Source of the DNA: Candidatus Woesearchaeota archaeon
GTDB taxonomy: Archaea > Nanobdellota > Nanobdellia > Woesearchaeales > GW2011-AR9
DNA: 64,000 nt
NCBI GenBank assembly: GCA_043797205.1
Contig: JAZDQB010000028.1
Coordinates: forward strand, 4,144-68,143
Direction: 5' to 3'
Shown here: positions 27,450 through 37,525 of the stretch, piece by piece
Layout of the letters: each line of letters starts with the position of its first letter
How positions within the stretch are numbered: position 1 is the first letter of the stretch
Program-made: the position numbers and the translations under genes
Notes under the pieces: generated by a model
Told to the model about the DNA's origin: nothing
Databases searched by the model: none
The model's input: the letters and a program-made list of their open reading frames with translations, nothing else

Positions 27450-27455
27450 AAAAGA

Positions 27456-28514
27456 TTAAACCTTAATTCCATGAACACTAAAGTGCGTCCTTACTCCCTT
27501 ATATTTTTTTAGTGCATCTTCCATCTTGGAAGGATTCTTCTTTTGCAAGCTGGCAGTTTCATGCACATCAATAAAGCCTACTTGTTTGCTCTGTGATTCT
27601 TCTAACAACAATTCTAAAAACTTCTGTTCTTCTAAGAATTTGTTCTCAGAAACCATCTTTTTCAGCAAATCAGAATTAGATAATGTTCCAGTCCATAATG
27701 GACCGGAGAAAATAAATTCTGCTCCACACCTACATTTTTCCTTATTATAAATAGATGTCTTAAAATTCAAACATTTTTTACAGAACAAAAAGTATTGGTG
27801 CTGTTTCAAGAGAGTATCGCAATCATCTTTGCCCCGACGATTCTGAAAATAAACCCTAAAATAATGGTCTTTGTGATAAGCAAGTATCGGCACAAGAGCT
27901 TTATCAAATTGTATCCCTTGCAATTGAATTTTTCTAATTAATATTCTTAATCCCAATTCATGCATCAGATAATTCTTGAAAGAAGTAGCCCAATATTTTC
28001 TTTTAGTAACCGAAGGGTAAGTTCCAGTTAATGCTGCTGTATCGGTAGCAGTAACTGCAATAATTCCTCCTCGAGAGATTCTGGCTACGGCTGTGGCTAG
28101 AAAAGGATTGGGAGAACCAAAAGGATCTATTTCGATATAATCAAAGCCAATCTGTTCCTGCATAAAGAGGTTGGCTTCTTTATTGAAGATAAAACACTTA
28201 TTTTTATCTAGCTTTACTTTATTCAGCTTAGCGTTCTCTAAAAAGATTTTACTAAAATCATCTTTCATATCGTTAACGTACAGATGTTTAATCTTATTCT
28301 TCTTCAACTCTTTCAAGAATCGTAAAGAGCGAATTCCACTTCCGGCCAAAGGATCGCAGAGGTTCATCTCAATATTTTCTAACGAATTAAGTAAGGTAAT
28401 AGAAATATTGCGATTAGAAGCCATTACTGGATTATAGAACACATCCATCTCTTGAGAAACAATCTTAGGCAGTTCTGCTTTGATTTTAATGGAATGTTCG
28501 GTAGTTAAAGTCAT
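27456..28514 (-). CDS. trm1: tRNA (guanine(26)-N2)-dimethyltransferase
   Basis: FYNPVMASNRNISI and the SAM-binding region LCDPLAGSGIRSLRF are Trm1 signatures. Confidence 0.85.
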   Translation of the reverse strand: MTLTTEHSIKIKAELPKIVSQEMDVFYNPVMASNRNISITLLNSLENIEMNLCDPLAGSGIRSLRFLKELKKNKIKHLYVNDMKDDFSKIFLENAKLNKVKLDKNKCFIFNKEANLFMQEQIGFDYIEIDPFGSPNPFLATAVARISRGGIIAVTATDTAALTGTYPSVTKRKYWATSFKNYLMHELGLRILIRKIQLQGIQFDKALVPILAYHKDHYFRVYFQNRRGKDDCDTLLKQHQYFLFCKKCLNFKTSIYNKEKCRCGAEFIFSGPLWTGTLSNSDLLKKMVSENKFLEEQKFLELLLEESQSKQVGFIDVHETASLQKKNPSKMEDALKKYKGVRTHFSVHGIKV

Positions 28515-28566
28515 AAGACCGGAAAAATAGAATAACTTTAAAAACCATTCTAATTCTATAAAGGAT

Positions 28567-30354
28567 ATGGCTTTACGTAAAGTGTTAGTAGCAACAATGG
28601 GACATGTCGATCATGGCAAGACTTCCTTGTTAGACAAGATTAGACGAACTGCCGTTTGTTCGGGAGAAGCCGGCGGCATTACTCAAGCCATCGGCGTTTC
28701 TATCATTCCTATTGAAACTATCAAAAAAGTGTGTGGTAAGCTTTTAGATTCCATGAAAGGAAAACTTACTGTTCCGGGATTATTGTGCATTGATACTCCC
28801 GGTCATGCCGCTTTTACTACTTTAAGAAAACGTGGCGGCTCTCTGGCAGACATTGCTATTATCGTAGTTGATATCAACGAAGGTTTTAAACCGCAGACTT
28901 TAGAATCTATCGAGATCCTTAAGGCTAATAAAGTTCCTTTCATCGTTGCTGCTAATAAAATTGATTTAATTAACGGCTGGAATTATGATCCAGAAAAATA
29001 TTTGTTAGACAACCTCATTAATTTAGATATCAAACTGCAAAGTTTATTTGAAACTAAGATGTACGAATTGGTAGCAAAGTTTGCGGAGTTAGGATTAGAA
29101 TCAGAACGCTTCGATCGCGTGCAGGATTATACTAAACAATTGGCTATCGTCCCCATTTCTGCGAAAACGGGAGAAGGAATTCCAGAATTGTTAATGGTCC
29201 TTACCGGATTAGCGCAAAAATTCTTAGAAAAGAAATTAGAGATAGAAGAAGAAGGAAATGCTAAAGGTACCGTTCTAGAAGTAAAAGAAGAACAAGGTTT
29301 AGGTACTACTTTAAACGCTATCTTATACAACGGAACCTTAAAAGTCAACGACACCATCATTATCGGCGGAATTGACGGAGCCATTGTAGCTAAAGTCCGC
29401 GCTTTATTAGAACCGGCAGAATTAGCGGAGATGCGCGAGAAAAAAGCTAAATTCCAAAATGTGAAAGAGGCGGTTGCGGCGACTGGAGTAAAAATTTCTG
29501 CACCTGGATTGGAAAAAGCTCTTGCCGGTATGCCTCTCCGTTCTTGCACTGGAAAAGTAGAAGAAATAGAACTGCTTAAAGCCGAAGTGCAATTAGAAGT
29601 AAGCGAAGTGATTGTGGAATGTGATGAATGTATCGGAATCCTTATCAAATCAGATACGATCGGAGGATTAGAAGCTCTACGCAACCTTCTCCTCTCTCGT
29701 GAAATTCCGGTCGCTTCTGCTTCCCTCGGCGATATTACTAAAAAAGATCTTTCTCAATTAGAATCATTGCGGGATAAGGATGAATTTGTGGGCGTGATTC
29801 TAGGGTTTAACATTAACATACCGGTAGACTTGGAAGAATACATCAAAGCTAAAAAATTTAAAATTATTACCAATAATGTCATTTACAAAACTATTGAAGA
29901 ATATGAAGCTTATATCCAAAACCTGAAGAAAGAGATTGAACTGAAAGAATTATCGAAAATTGTCCGTCCTTGTAAATTCTTATTCTTGGAAGGTTACGTC
30001 TTCCGTCAGAACAATCCAGCTATTATCGGAGTAGAAATTGAAGTGGGACAGATAAAAAGCGGCGATCCGGTTATGAACGGAGAAGGTAAGGCTCTCACTA
30101 CCGTCAAAAGTATGCAGGAAGAACAAGAAAATGTCAGTTTAGCGGCGCAAGGAAAGCAGTTAGCTATGGCTCTGGATGGAATGACAGTGGGCAGACAAAT
30201 CAACGAAGGAGACTTCTTATATACTGACTTACCGGAAGATGATTTCAAGAAATTGAAAGAGTTAAAGAAACATCTTTCTAAAACCGAATTGGAAGTATTG
30301 CGCGAGATCGCTGAGATTAAGCGCAGAAATAATCCGGTATGGGGAGTGGGATGA
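28567..30354 (+). CDS. infB: translation initiation factor aIF5B (IF-2)
   Basis: VATMGHVDHGKTSLLDKIR is the G1 motif. DTPGH is also present. About 595 aa, matching aIF5B. Confidence 0.9.
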   Translation: MALRKVLVATMGHVDHGKTSLLDKIRRTAVCSGEAGGITQAIGVSIIPIETIKKVCGKLLDSMKGKLTVPGLLCIDTPGHAAFTTLRKRGGSLADIAIIVVDINEGFKPQTLESIEILKANKVPFIVAANKIDLINGWNYDPEKYLLDNLINLDIKLQSLFETKMYELVAKFAELGLESERFDRVQDYTKQLAIVPISAKTGEGIPELLMVLTGLAQKFLEKKLEIEEEGNAKGTVLEVKEEQGLGTTLNAILYNGTLKVNDTIIIGGIDGAIVAKVRALLEPAELAEMREKKAKFQNVKEAVAATGVKISAPGLEKALAGMPLRSCTGKVEEIELLKAEVQLEVSEVIVECDECIGILIKSDTIGGLEALRNLLLSREIPVASASLGDITKKDLSQLESLRDKDEFVGVILGFNINIPVDLEEYIKAKKFKIITNNVIYKTIEEYEAYIQNLKKEIELKELSKIVRPCKFLFLEGYVFRQNNPAIIGVEIEVGQIKSGDPVMNGEGKALTTVKSMQEEQENVSLAAQGKQLAMALDGMTVGRQINEGDFLYTDLPEDDFKKLKELKKHLSKTELEVLREIAEIKRRNNPVWGVG

Positions 30355-30830
30355 TGCAAACCCTTACCATCCTCAATTCCAAAGAGATCCGGCAGTTAAA
30401 ACAGCAGCTAGAAATAGAATTTGGCTATGCTCCGCCGGAAGATTATGCTTATCTTAGAACTGAAAAAGAGAAAATATTCTTAATCAACAAAGATGTAGCT
30501 AAAGTAGATTGGGATAAACTGATTGTAGATAAAATGGGACTCTATTTTGGAGAAGATTTGGGAGAAGAGTTTCGCTTAAGCAAAGAAGGAGCTCAATTGC
30601 TAGGAACAGAAGCTCAGAAACATAAAGTCCAACTAAAAAATGTAATAGAATTATCAAAAGAAGAACTGAAACATTATTTTACCGGTGCAGACCTTCCAAA
30701 AGAATGCGGTAAAGAAAGCAGACTAATATTATTAAAGTACAAAGAAGACATTTTAGGCTGCGCCAGATATAAAGAAGGCAAGATTCTCAACTTCATGCCT
30801 AAGATTCATCGCGGCGAAGTTATTCTTTAA
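30339..30830 (+). CDS. putative PUA-domain RNA-binding protein (Nip7-like)
   Basis: C-terminal ...RLILLKYKEDILGCARYKEGKILNFMPKIHRGEVIL looks like a PUA domain. Weak. Confidence 0.4.
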   Translation: MGSGMMQTLTILNSKEIRQLKQQLEIEFGYAPPEDYAYLRTEKEKIFLINKDVAKVDWDKLIVDKMGLYFGEDLGEEFRLSKEGAQLLGTEAQKHKVQLKNVIELSKEELKHYFTGADLPKECGKESRLILLKYKEDILGCARYKEGKILNFMPKIHRGEVIL

Positions 30831-30951
30831 GATAAAAGTTCATCTTTCTAAAACAAGTCATCACTAGATAGTACTTATTTCTCCGAAACATTTATAAATG
30901 TGTTACTATTCTATAGTAGAAATCAACTTAAAAATTAAGGAGCTATTAACT

Positions 30952-33786
30952 ATGGGAAGAAAAAACTTATTTGTTCTGGTGTTAGGGGTTTTATTGTTAA
31001 GCGTTCTTAGTTCGTTTTCTCTAGCCGAAAGCAGAACCGTAGATTACCAAGAAATCAATCAGGGTTTAACTGCCATTACAGAATCTATGAACAGCTTAGA
31101 AGAAGATATAGACACCACTATTCAAAGAGATTATGGAATCGGTGAAGCTAAGAAACTACAGAAGGAAGTTTACAATATCCAGAAGCAGATTATAGAATTA
31201 GAATCAAAGTTTGAAGCACCACCGGTCTTTTCAAAAGGATTTGTGAGTCGAGAGATAGCAGAGATTATCACAAAATTTGCAGATTTGAAACAGAAAAGCC
31301 GCGATTTACTCGCTAAGTTGAGAATATATACAGAGCAAGAGAATAAGGAAGCCCAGATTGAAGCTTTAAAGAACGATCTAGCTACTTTAAATCAACATTA
31401 TAAAGATTATAATCAGCAATTGATTGTTTTAGGTAACGCTGTTAACACTGCTATTACTAAACAAGAAGATGAATCAGTAGTACAACAGTTACAAGAAACG
31501 ATTCAAAAACAAGAAGCTAGCATTTCTGCAGACTTAGAAAAAGCTAAAACGGATTATCAATTAGCCGATTATTATAAACAAACTGATTTGTGGTATGGTT
31601 TCAAGACCGTTATAGACATCTTTACTCAAGATCTAACTGATTTACAGAACATGATAATCAAGTTGGAAAATTACCTAGCACAATCCAAGGTAGACTTTGA
31701 TTTTGATGGTGTTCCTAATGACCAAGACAATTGTATGTGGGAACCAAACTCTGACCAAAAAGATACCAATGGAGACGGAATGGGAGATGTTTGCGATGTA
31801 GATATTGATGGAATTCATAACGGTGACGACAATTGCCTTGACGTTTACAATCCCGACCAATTAGATGATGATTATAACGGATTAGGTAATGCTTGTGATT
31901 CAGAATATGTTGATTGTTTTGATTCTGATGGAGAAGACGCCTATACCAAAGGTTATACTACTAACGGACAGAAAGAAAATATTATTTACGACCATTGTGA
32001 AGGGGATGCCGTAAAAGAAGAAATGTGTGTAGAAGGAAAACAAGGTTTTACTTATTTATTCTGTAAATCCGGAGAAACTTGTCAAGACGGAGCCTGCGTA
32101 GAAATAGTTGTTCCGGTAGATACCGATAAAGACGGAATCGAAGATACTAAAGACAACTGTCCTACTGTAGCTAATGCTGATCAAAAAGATACCAACGAAG
32201 ATGGAATGGGAGATGCTTGTGATAGTAATTTGCAGAAATACGAACAGCTATTAACTTTATACACTATCGAATATAATACCGTTGATCAATTAATTGAAGA
32301 TAGTGCAGACCAACTTCAAAACAGTTGTTCTCCCGGGGTACAAGAATTTCAAAAGGGAATGATCACTTCTGGGATTATACGTGCTAATAATGCTTATTTA
32401 TCCTTAACAGAAGTTACTTTGGCCGCCAAATCTAAAGGATACACAGAATTAGCAGATAGAATCGAAGCCTTAGCTCACCAATTTGAGACCTTAGCCTCTG
32501 CTACTCAAAGCTACTTAGATAGTTGGAAACCAGCAGACATTTGTATTACAGAAGTAATCGATACGGATAAAGACGGAATTGAAGATACTAAAGATAACTG
32601 TCCTACCGTAGCTAATCCTAATCAGGAAGATTCTGATGCAGATAGAATTGGAGATGCTTGCGAGATTTCTGATTGTGTTGACTCCGATAATGGAATAGAT
32701 ATACACACCAAAGGAAGCATTACCGTCAAAGGAAACACTATTCTTGACGTTTGTGAAGGGGATCTGGTCAAAGAGCAAATTTGTACTGGAGAGTATGGAG
32801 GATTCACTTTACAGATGTGTCCTAATGGAGAAACCTGTCAAGAAGGAGCTTGTGCAGAAAGAATCAGACCTCCCGTAGATACTGACAAGGATGGTATCGA
32901 AGATACTAAAGACAACTGTCCGACTGTGGCTAATGCTGACCAGAAAGATACTGATGCAGATGGAGTAGGAGATGCTTGTGAACCAATTATACCCCCTACC
33001 GACACTGATAAGGATGGCATCGAAGATAGCAAAGATAATTGTCCTATTGTAGCTAATCCCTTGCAGGAAGATACTGACAAAGATGGAGTAGGAGATGCTT
33101 GTGAACCAATCGTACCTCCTACCGACACCGATAAGGATGGCATCGAAGATAGCAAAGATAATTGTCCCACTGTAGCTAATCCAGATCAAAAAGATTCTGA
33201 TGGAGATAAAGTTGGAGATGTCTGTGATCCTACTCCTCTTCCGGTAGATACTTTCGTTACCCAGTACAATGAATTAAACGCGAAATTACAAGGGTATGGA
33301 GATGATTACGTTGATTACAGAAAAGAATATCTTAAAGCTAAAGATAAAAATGATGCTAAGGATATCAAGAAGCATAAGAACGAATTAAATGATCTTACTG
33401 ACTCTTTAGACAGCTTAGAGGAAGACGTAGACGACTTAATCAACAAAGTTGAACATGCTTCCGGGGATTACAGACAATTACTAGACAATCTAGACTCTTT
33501 ACAAGAAGATATCACCAAACTTAAGGGTAAGATTGAAAAGTTATTGGATCAAGGAAGCAGCAGTACTGGCAGTACTACCGTGGTTCAGAGTAAACCGGTT
33601 TCTGTCCCTAGCTTGAAGTCTAACTCTCCGGTAGAAGTGCATAAATTAAACTTTGTTCTTCCGGCAGCTCCAGTTACTCCTCCCGCGAACACCGCTTCGG
33701 AAGGAGAAGTTATGCCTTTAGTAGTATTAGGAGCAGGGATTGTAGCCGTTTTAGCCGTAATTATCTTCTTGCTAATGCTGTTATAA
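30952..33786 (+). CDS. large surface protein: signal peptide, coiled coil, >=6 thrombospondin type-3-like Ca-binding repeats, C-terminal TM anchor
   Basis: Repeated DTDKDGIEDTKDNCPTVANxDQKDTDxDGxGDACE modules. Start taken at MGRKNLFVLVLGVLL. C-terminal VVLGAGIVAVLAVIIFLLML. Confidence 0.7.
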   Translation: MGRKNLFVLVLGVLLLSVLSSFSLAESRTVDYQEINQGLTAITESMNSLEEDIDTTIQRDYGIGEAKKLQKEVYNIQKQIIELESKFEAPPVFSKGFVSREIAEIITKFADLKQKSRDLLAKLRIYTEQENKEAQIEALKNDLATLNQHYKDYNQQLIVLGNAVNTAITKQEDESVVQQLQETIQKQEASISADLEKAKTDYQLADYYKQTDLWYGFKTVIDIFTQDLTDLQNMIIKLENYLAQSKVDFDFDGVPNDQDNCMWEPNSDQKDTNGDGMGDVCDVDIDGIHNGDDNCLDVYNPDQLDDDYNGLGNACDSEYVDCFDSDGEDAYTKGYTTNGQKENIIYDHCEGDAVKEEMCVEGKQGFTYLFCKSGETCQDGACVEIVVPVDTDKDGIEDTKDNCPTVANADQKDTNEDGMGDACDSNLQKYEQLLTLYTIEYNTVDQLIEDSADQLQNSCSPGVQEFQKGMITSGIIRANNAYLSLTEVTLAAKSKGYTELADRIEALAHQFETLASATQSYLDSWKPADICITEVIDTDKDGIEDTKDNCPTVANPNQEDSDADRIGDACEISDCVDSDNGIDIHTKGSITVKGNTILDVCEGDLVKEQICTGEYGGFTLQMCPNGETCQEGACAERIRPPVDTDKDGIEDTKDNCPTVANADQKDTDADGVGDACEPIIPPTDTDKDGIEDSKDNCPIVANPLQEDTDKDGVGDACEPIVPPTDTDKDGIEDSKDNCPTVANPDQKDSDGDKVGDVCDPTPLPVDTFVTQYNELNAKLQGYGDDYVDYRKEYLKAKDKNDAKDIKKHKNELNDLTDSLDSLEEDVDDLINKVEHASGDYRQLLDNLDSLQEDITKLKGKIEKLLDQGSSSTGSTTVVQSKPVSVPSLKSNSPVEVHKLNFVLPAAPVTPPANTASEGEVMPLVVLGAGIVAVLAVIIFLLMLL

Positions 33787-33894
33787 GAAGATTCTTTTTC
33801 TTTTTTATTATTCTTTCTTAATTAATTATAATAAGATACAATGATATTCTAAAGTAAACAAATCTTTATATATCCCCTTCCACCCAGATAGTTC

Positions 33895-34572
33895 ATGAAA
33901 AGATACTGTTATGGATTCTTGATTTTGGCCATATTCTTGGCACTGCCGGCAGTTTGGGCTGCTACTGACTTCGAAGACCAATACCGCGATTTAAGGAGTG
34001 AATATTATAATTTGGTGGACAAATACACCCATTACAAAGAAGGATATCTCGATGCCCAAGATTCTGATGAGTACTATGAATTAAAATATGAAAGAGATTT
34101 AAGAGACGTTAAAAGCGATTTTTCTTCTTTAGAAGATGATGCTATTACTTTAATTGGAGACATCCGAGACGCTGATGGTTCCGAAGCACTTATTGATGAC
34201 GTCAAAGACCTGCGAGACAATGCCGCTGATTTTCAGAATAGAATTGAGGATTTAATCGGAGGAGATTACTATGGCCATTCTGATTATGATGATCATTACT
34301 ACAACCATTACGATTATTATTACGATGAATATGGATATTACGTCAAAGAACCGGTTAAAGCCGCTGCTCCTGAGCCCTCGGTAACGGTGGAGCCATTAAA
34401 CGTTTATTTCGTTTCTAGTGTTCCTAGTAATCCTGCTCCGACTGCCCCAGTTGCTGCACCTAAAATAATCACTGCTCCGGCAGACTTTGGAATCGTGTGG
34501 TTATTAGCCGGAATTGTAATGCTATTAGCAACGATAATCTTCTTAATCTCCGCAGGTATAAAGAAGAAGTAA
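33895..34572 (+). CDS. acidic D/Y-rich secreted protein with C-terminal TM anchor
   Basis: Signal peptide, D/E/Y-rich body, and ...IVWLLAGIVMLLATIIFLISAGIKKK. Confidence 0.5.
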   Translation: MKRYCYGFLILAIFLALPAVWAATDFEDQYRDLRSEYYNLVDKYTHYKEGYLDAQDSDEYYELKYERDLRDVKSDFSSLEDDAITLIGDIRDADGSEALIDDVKDLRDNAADFQNRIEDLIGGDYYGHSDYDDHYYNHYDYYYDEYGYYVKEPVKAAAPEPSVTVEPLNVYFVSSVPSNPAPTAPVAAPKIITAPADFGIVWLLAGIVMLLATIIFLISAGIKKK

Positions 34573-34626
34573 AAAATATTTATTATTTAAGTTTATTTTA
34601 AAATTTATAAAAACAAGAAGAAAAAA

Positions 34627-34863
34627 TTATCTAAGAACGTCTTCAATCGGTTTCTTGCCCTTGAGCTTCTTAGTATCGTCCTTAGCTTCTTTGGCCATCG
34701 CTACTAAATCTACACCCAAATCTTTTAACTCTTTGATATGCATCTGCATTAGTTGTTCTACAATCTGTAAGATGCGCATTAATTCTTCTCGTTCTTTGGT
34801 TAAAGTAGCTAAAGAGCCCTTATGAAAGCCCACTTTTTCAGTTTTATCCATTTCTTTTGCCAT
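34627..34863 (-). CDS. small helical hypothetical protein
   Basis: ORF only. Confidence 0.35.
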   Translation of the reverse strand: MAKEMDKTEKVGFHKGSLATLTKEREELMRILQIVEQLMQMHIKELKDLGVDLVAMAKEAKDDTKKLKGKKPIEDVLR

Positions 34864-34960
34864 AAGCTTAAGAGAGAAAGGAGGTTTATAAGCTTTTGCT
34901 CTAAATCTGTCCTTAAAACATAGAAATATTTTTAAAGTAAATAAAGTAATTATAAATTAT

Positions 34961-35503
34961 ATGACTGAACATTTATTTCGACTGAATACGATTTTGTGGA
35001 TCGAAGACCAATGGGAACACGTTATGTATGATTGTGCTTGCGTTCTCATAGAACATGACAAAATTTCTCGAGAATACGGTTCAGGAATGAAAATAAAAAC
35101 TTTAGATATAATGACTAAGCTCCCTCCCGAAGAGGCGCAGAGTGAAGTGGAGCGGGTAATAAGAGAATGTGAAGATAATCCCTTTGTTGTTAATGTACAT
35201 ACCGCCCAATTGGCTCGAACATACTTAGAAAGAATTACTCCTGGAGCAATTATTTGTGATTCTAGCTTTCCACTTAATGGAAAAGCAGTAGTAGGGTGGC
35301 TAAAGGAGCATGGGCTTCCAAGTTATCCTTTAATCGGACTTTCCGCAAAATATTTCTTTGATTTACCGCCAGAAATGCAAGATTTCTTTACTAGCACTTC
35401 TGCGGTATACATAGAAAAAACCAGATTAAAGATTGATGACCTAGTGGAAAAATTGGTGTTCTCCCACCGCTACGTTCAAATAGCTACACAGCATCAGTCA
35501 TGA
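34961..35503 (+). CDS. hypothetical protein
   Basis: ORF only. Confidence 0.4.
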   Translation: MTEHLFRLNTILWIEDQWEHVMYDCACVLIEHDKISREYGSGMKIKTLDIMTKLPPEEAQSEVERVIRECEDNPFVVNVHTAQLARTYLERITPGAIICDSSFPLNGKAVVGWLKEHGLPSYPLIGLSAKYFFDLPPEMQDFFTSTSAVYIEKTRLKIDDLVEKLVFSHRYVQIATQHQS

Positions 35504-35538
35504 AAACCTTTTAAAACCCCAAGGTTATTCTATCTAAT

Positions 35539-35925
35539 ATGAGCCTATTCAGCAAACTAGCCTTTTGGAAAAAAGAGGACGAGTTCAATTTTGATCAAGT
35601 AGCAGAAAGAGATATGAATAAACCGGATCCTTTTGCTCAAGGATTTGAACAGAATCAGGAACAAGAAGGATTCCCTCCAGAACAATCTGCTTTCGATCAA
35701 CCGCAAACTGCTTCTCCGGGAGCTTCTCCACAACAATATGCCCAAGCTTCCCGCTCCGCTCTTTATCCCGGTTCTTCTAAACCTGCTATGGGTCCTTCTG
35801 GAGATCGCGATCTAGATTTAATCAATAGCAAATTAGATACCATCAGAGCCATGCTCAGTGCCATCGAGCAGAGATTAGACAAAATAGAACGGGGAGAACC
35901 TAAAGCTCCGCCCAGATTATGGTAA
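35539..35925 (+). CDS. low-complexity Q/P-rich hypothetical protein with C-terminal coiled coil
   Basis: ORF only. Confidence 0.4.
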   Translation: MSLFSKLAFWKKEDEFNFDQVAERDMNKPDPFAQGFEQNQEQEGFPPEQSAFDQPQTASPGASPQQYAQASRSALYPGSSKPAMGPSGDRDLDLINSKLDTIRAMLSAIEQRLDKIERGEPKAPPRLW

Positions 35926-36371
35926 AAGAACCTTTTATTTCTAAGTATAAGTTTCCCTTATGGTTTACGGGAATCACTTTACTGATAGTTCTATTGGACC
36001 AATTAATCAAATACTTTATTCTAACCTTAACTCCTAATTGGAATCTTGAAATCTTACTAATCCACTTGGTTAAAAATACTGGAGCCGGATTCGGTATCTT
36101 CCAGAATCAAGCTTTGTTCTTAGGAATCATTTCCGCCCTTGCCGCGATACTAATCTTATTCAACTATCAAAAGATTGATAAGAATTATCGGACGCAAATC
36201 CTTTTTGCAGTATTGTTGGGGGGGGTTTTAGGAAACATGATCGATCGCTTCTTCCGCAGTTTTGTAATTGATTTTATTGACTTTGGTTGGTGGCCTGCAT
36301 TTAATCTAGCAGATGCTTGTATCTCAGTTTCAATAATAGGATTAGTTATTTGGTATTGGAAAAAGAAGTAG
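35919..36371 (+). CDS. lspA: lipoprotein signal peptidase (signal peptidase II)
   Basis: VKNTGAGFGIF, LGGVLGNMIDRF and FNLADACI match the three conserved LspA boxes. Confidence 0.75.
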   Translation: MVKEPFISKYKFPLWFTGITLLIVLLDQLIKYFILTLTPNWNLEILLIHLVKNTGAGFGIFQNQALFLGIISALAAILILFNYQKIDKNYRTQILFAVLLGGVLGNMIDRFFRSFVIDFIDFGWWPAFNLADACISVSIIGLVIWYWKKK

Positions 36372-36395
36372 AAATAATCTTAAAAAAGAGATTAA

Positions 36396-36992
36396 TCAAT
36401 TCACACAACTATGTTGCCGATAGCCCTTCTTCTTAGCTTCTTCCTTGCTTTCGAACCAAATCCTTCTTCCATCACGAATCTTCTTGGCCCAATCGCACTT
36501 AGGTTCATGATAAACATTAGAAGATTTGCTGGCTACATATTTTCCAGGAGTAAAAGTTACTTCTTTAGCTACTTCTGCTTTCTCTCCTTTCACCTTACTG
36601 GTTTTAGCTTCTGGAACCGCTTTACCCGGATCAAACACTTCGCTGTGCAACTCTTCTTCTGCCGGAACCGACTTAACCTTTCTTTTCTTGGGAAGGGCTA
36701 AGATTAATCCCATCAAAGCCAAAATTAAAAGCACTACACTGACGCTGCCTAAAAGGAACCACAATCCTAGTAGGTTCATCAGGTAGAACAAAAACACCCA
36801 AAATAACACCTCTTCTCCCAAAGTTTTATAGCCCACCAATCCCCCTAAAGTTAAAGCTAAAAATATGATGAAAACAAATAGTTCTAAATTGAACAGATTT
36901 CCACCCACACTTAGAATCATACGAATCAGTCCAAACAGAAGTAACGTTAACAATAAAGCATAAACGAATAATCTTAATGATGATTTTGCCAT
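36396..36992 (-). CDS. membrane protein with C-terminal Cys/His-containing domain
   Basis: Four TM helices, then ...VYHEPKCDWAKKIRDGRRIWFESKEEAKKKGYRQHSC. Confidence 0.45.
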   Translation of the reverse strand: MAKSSLRLFVYALLLTLLLFGLIRMILSVGGNLFNLELFVFIIFLALTLGGLVGYKTLGEEVLFWVFLFYLMNLLGLWFLLGSVSVVLLILALMGLILALPKKRKVKSVPAEEELHSEVFDPGKAVPEAKTSKVKGEKAEVAKEVTFTPGKYVASKSSNVYHEPKCDWAKKIRDGRRIWFESKEEAKKKGYRQHSCVN

Positions 36993-37108
36993 GTTTTAAG
37001 TTCAGTAACGAGAATATATAAGCATTTCTATCCTCTATTTGTTATGATAAGAAACAATATATTTGTTTATAGCGTTAAAGATGCCAAACAATTATTAAGA
37101 AAAACAAC

Positions 37109-37444
37109 TTAAAACTCCGCTTCCAGATTCTTCAGATAACCTTTCTTCTTCAAGAATTCTACTTCAGATTTGCTTTTATATTTGTGCACCACGTCTCCCT
37201 TTTCATCTCCACCCAATTCCCACGGCTCGATAATGACCACATCATTTTCTCTTACCCATAAGGCTCTTCTTAATCTTCCTGGGATGCGGCAGATTCTTTC
37301 TTTCCCGTCCAAACAAAGCACCCTCATTCTGCTTCCACCCAAACGTTGTTGCACCACGCCTAGAACTTCTCTACCTTGCGGAACCCTCACTCTAATCATA
37401 ATCTGTTCTTCACTAGGTGGTTGTTCTGCCATTACTAATATCAC
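37109..37444 (-). CDS. eif1a: translation initiation factor aIF1A
   Basis: IRVRVPQGREVLGVVQQRLGGSRMRVLCLDGKERICRIPGRLRRALWVRENDVVIIEPWEL is the S1-like OB fold of aIF1A. Confidence 0.85.
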   Translation of the reverse strand: MILVMAEQPPSEEQIMIRVRVPQGREVLGVVQQRLGGSRMRVLCLDGKERICRIPGRLRRALWVRENDVVIIEPWELGGDEKGDVVHKYKSKSEVEFLKKKGYLKNLEAEF

Positions 37445-37525
37445 AGCACACTTTATTTATAAAGCTTTGCTCCTCTGAATAAATCTCCCAAAGATTTAAT
37501 AATCTGTTAATGAAAATCATTCTTT

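Noticed and set aside
29127-30359. Antisense ORFs (29127..29684 -, 30006..30359 -) inside aIF5B. Similar ones lie inside the TSP3-repeat gene (32809..33189 -, 32838..33170 -) and abcE1 (4247..4465 -, 4272..4499 +).
   Set aside because: They are embedded in well-supported conserved genes and are low-complexity or repeat-driven. Treated as six-frame artefacts.
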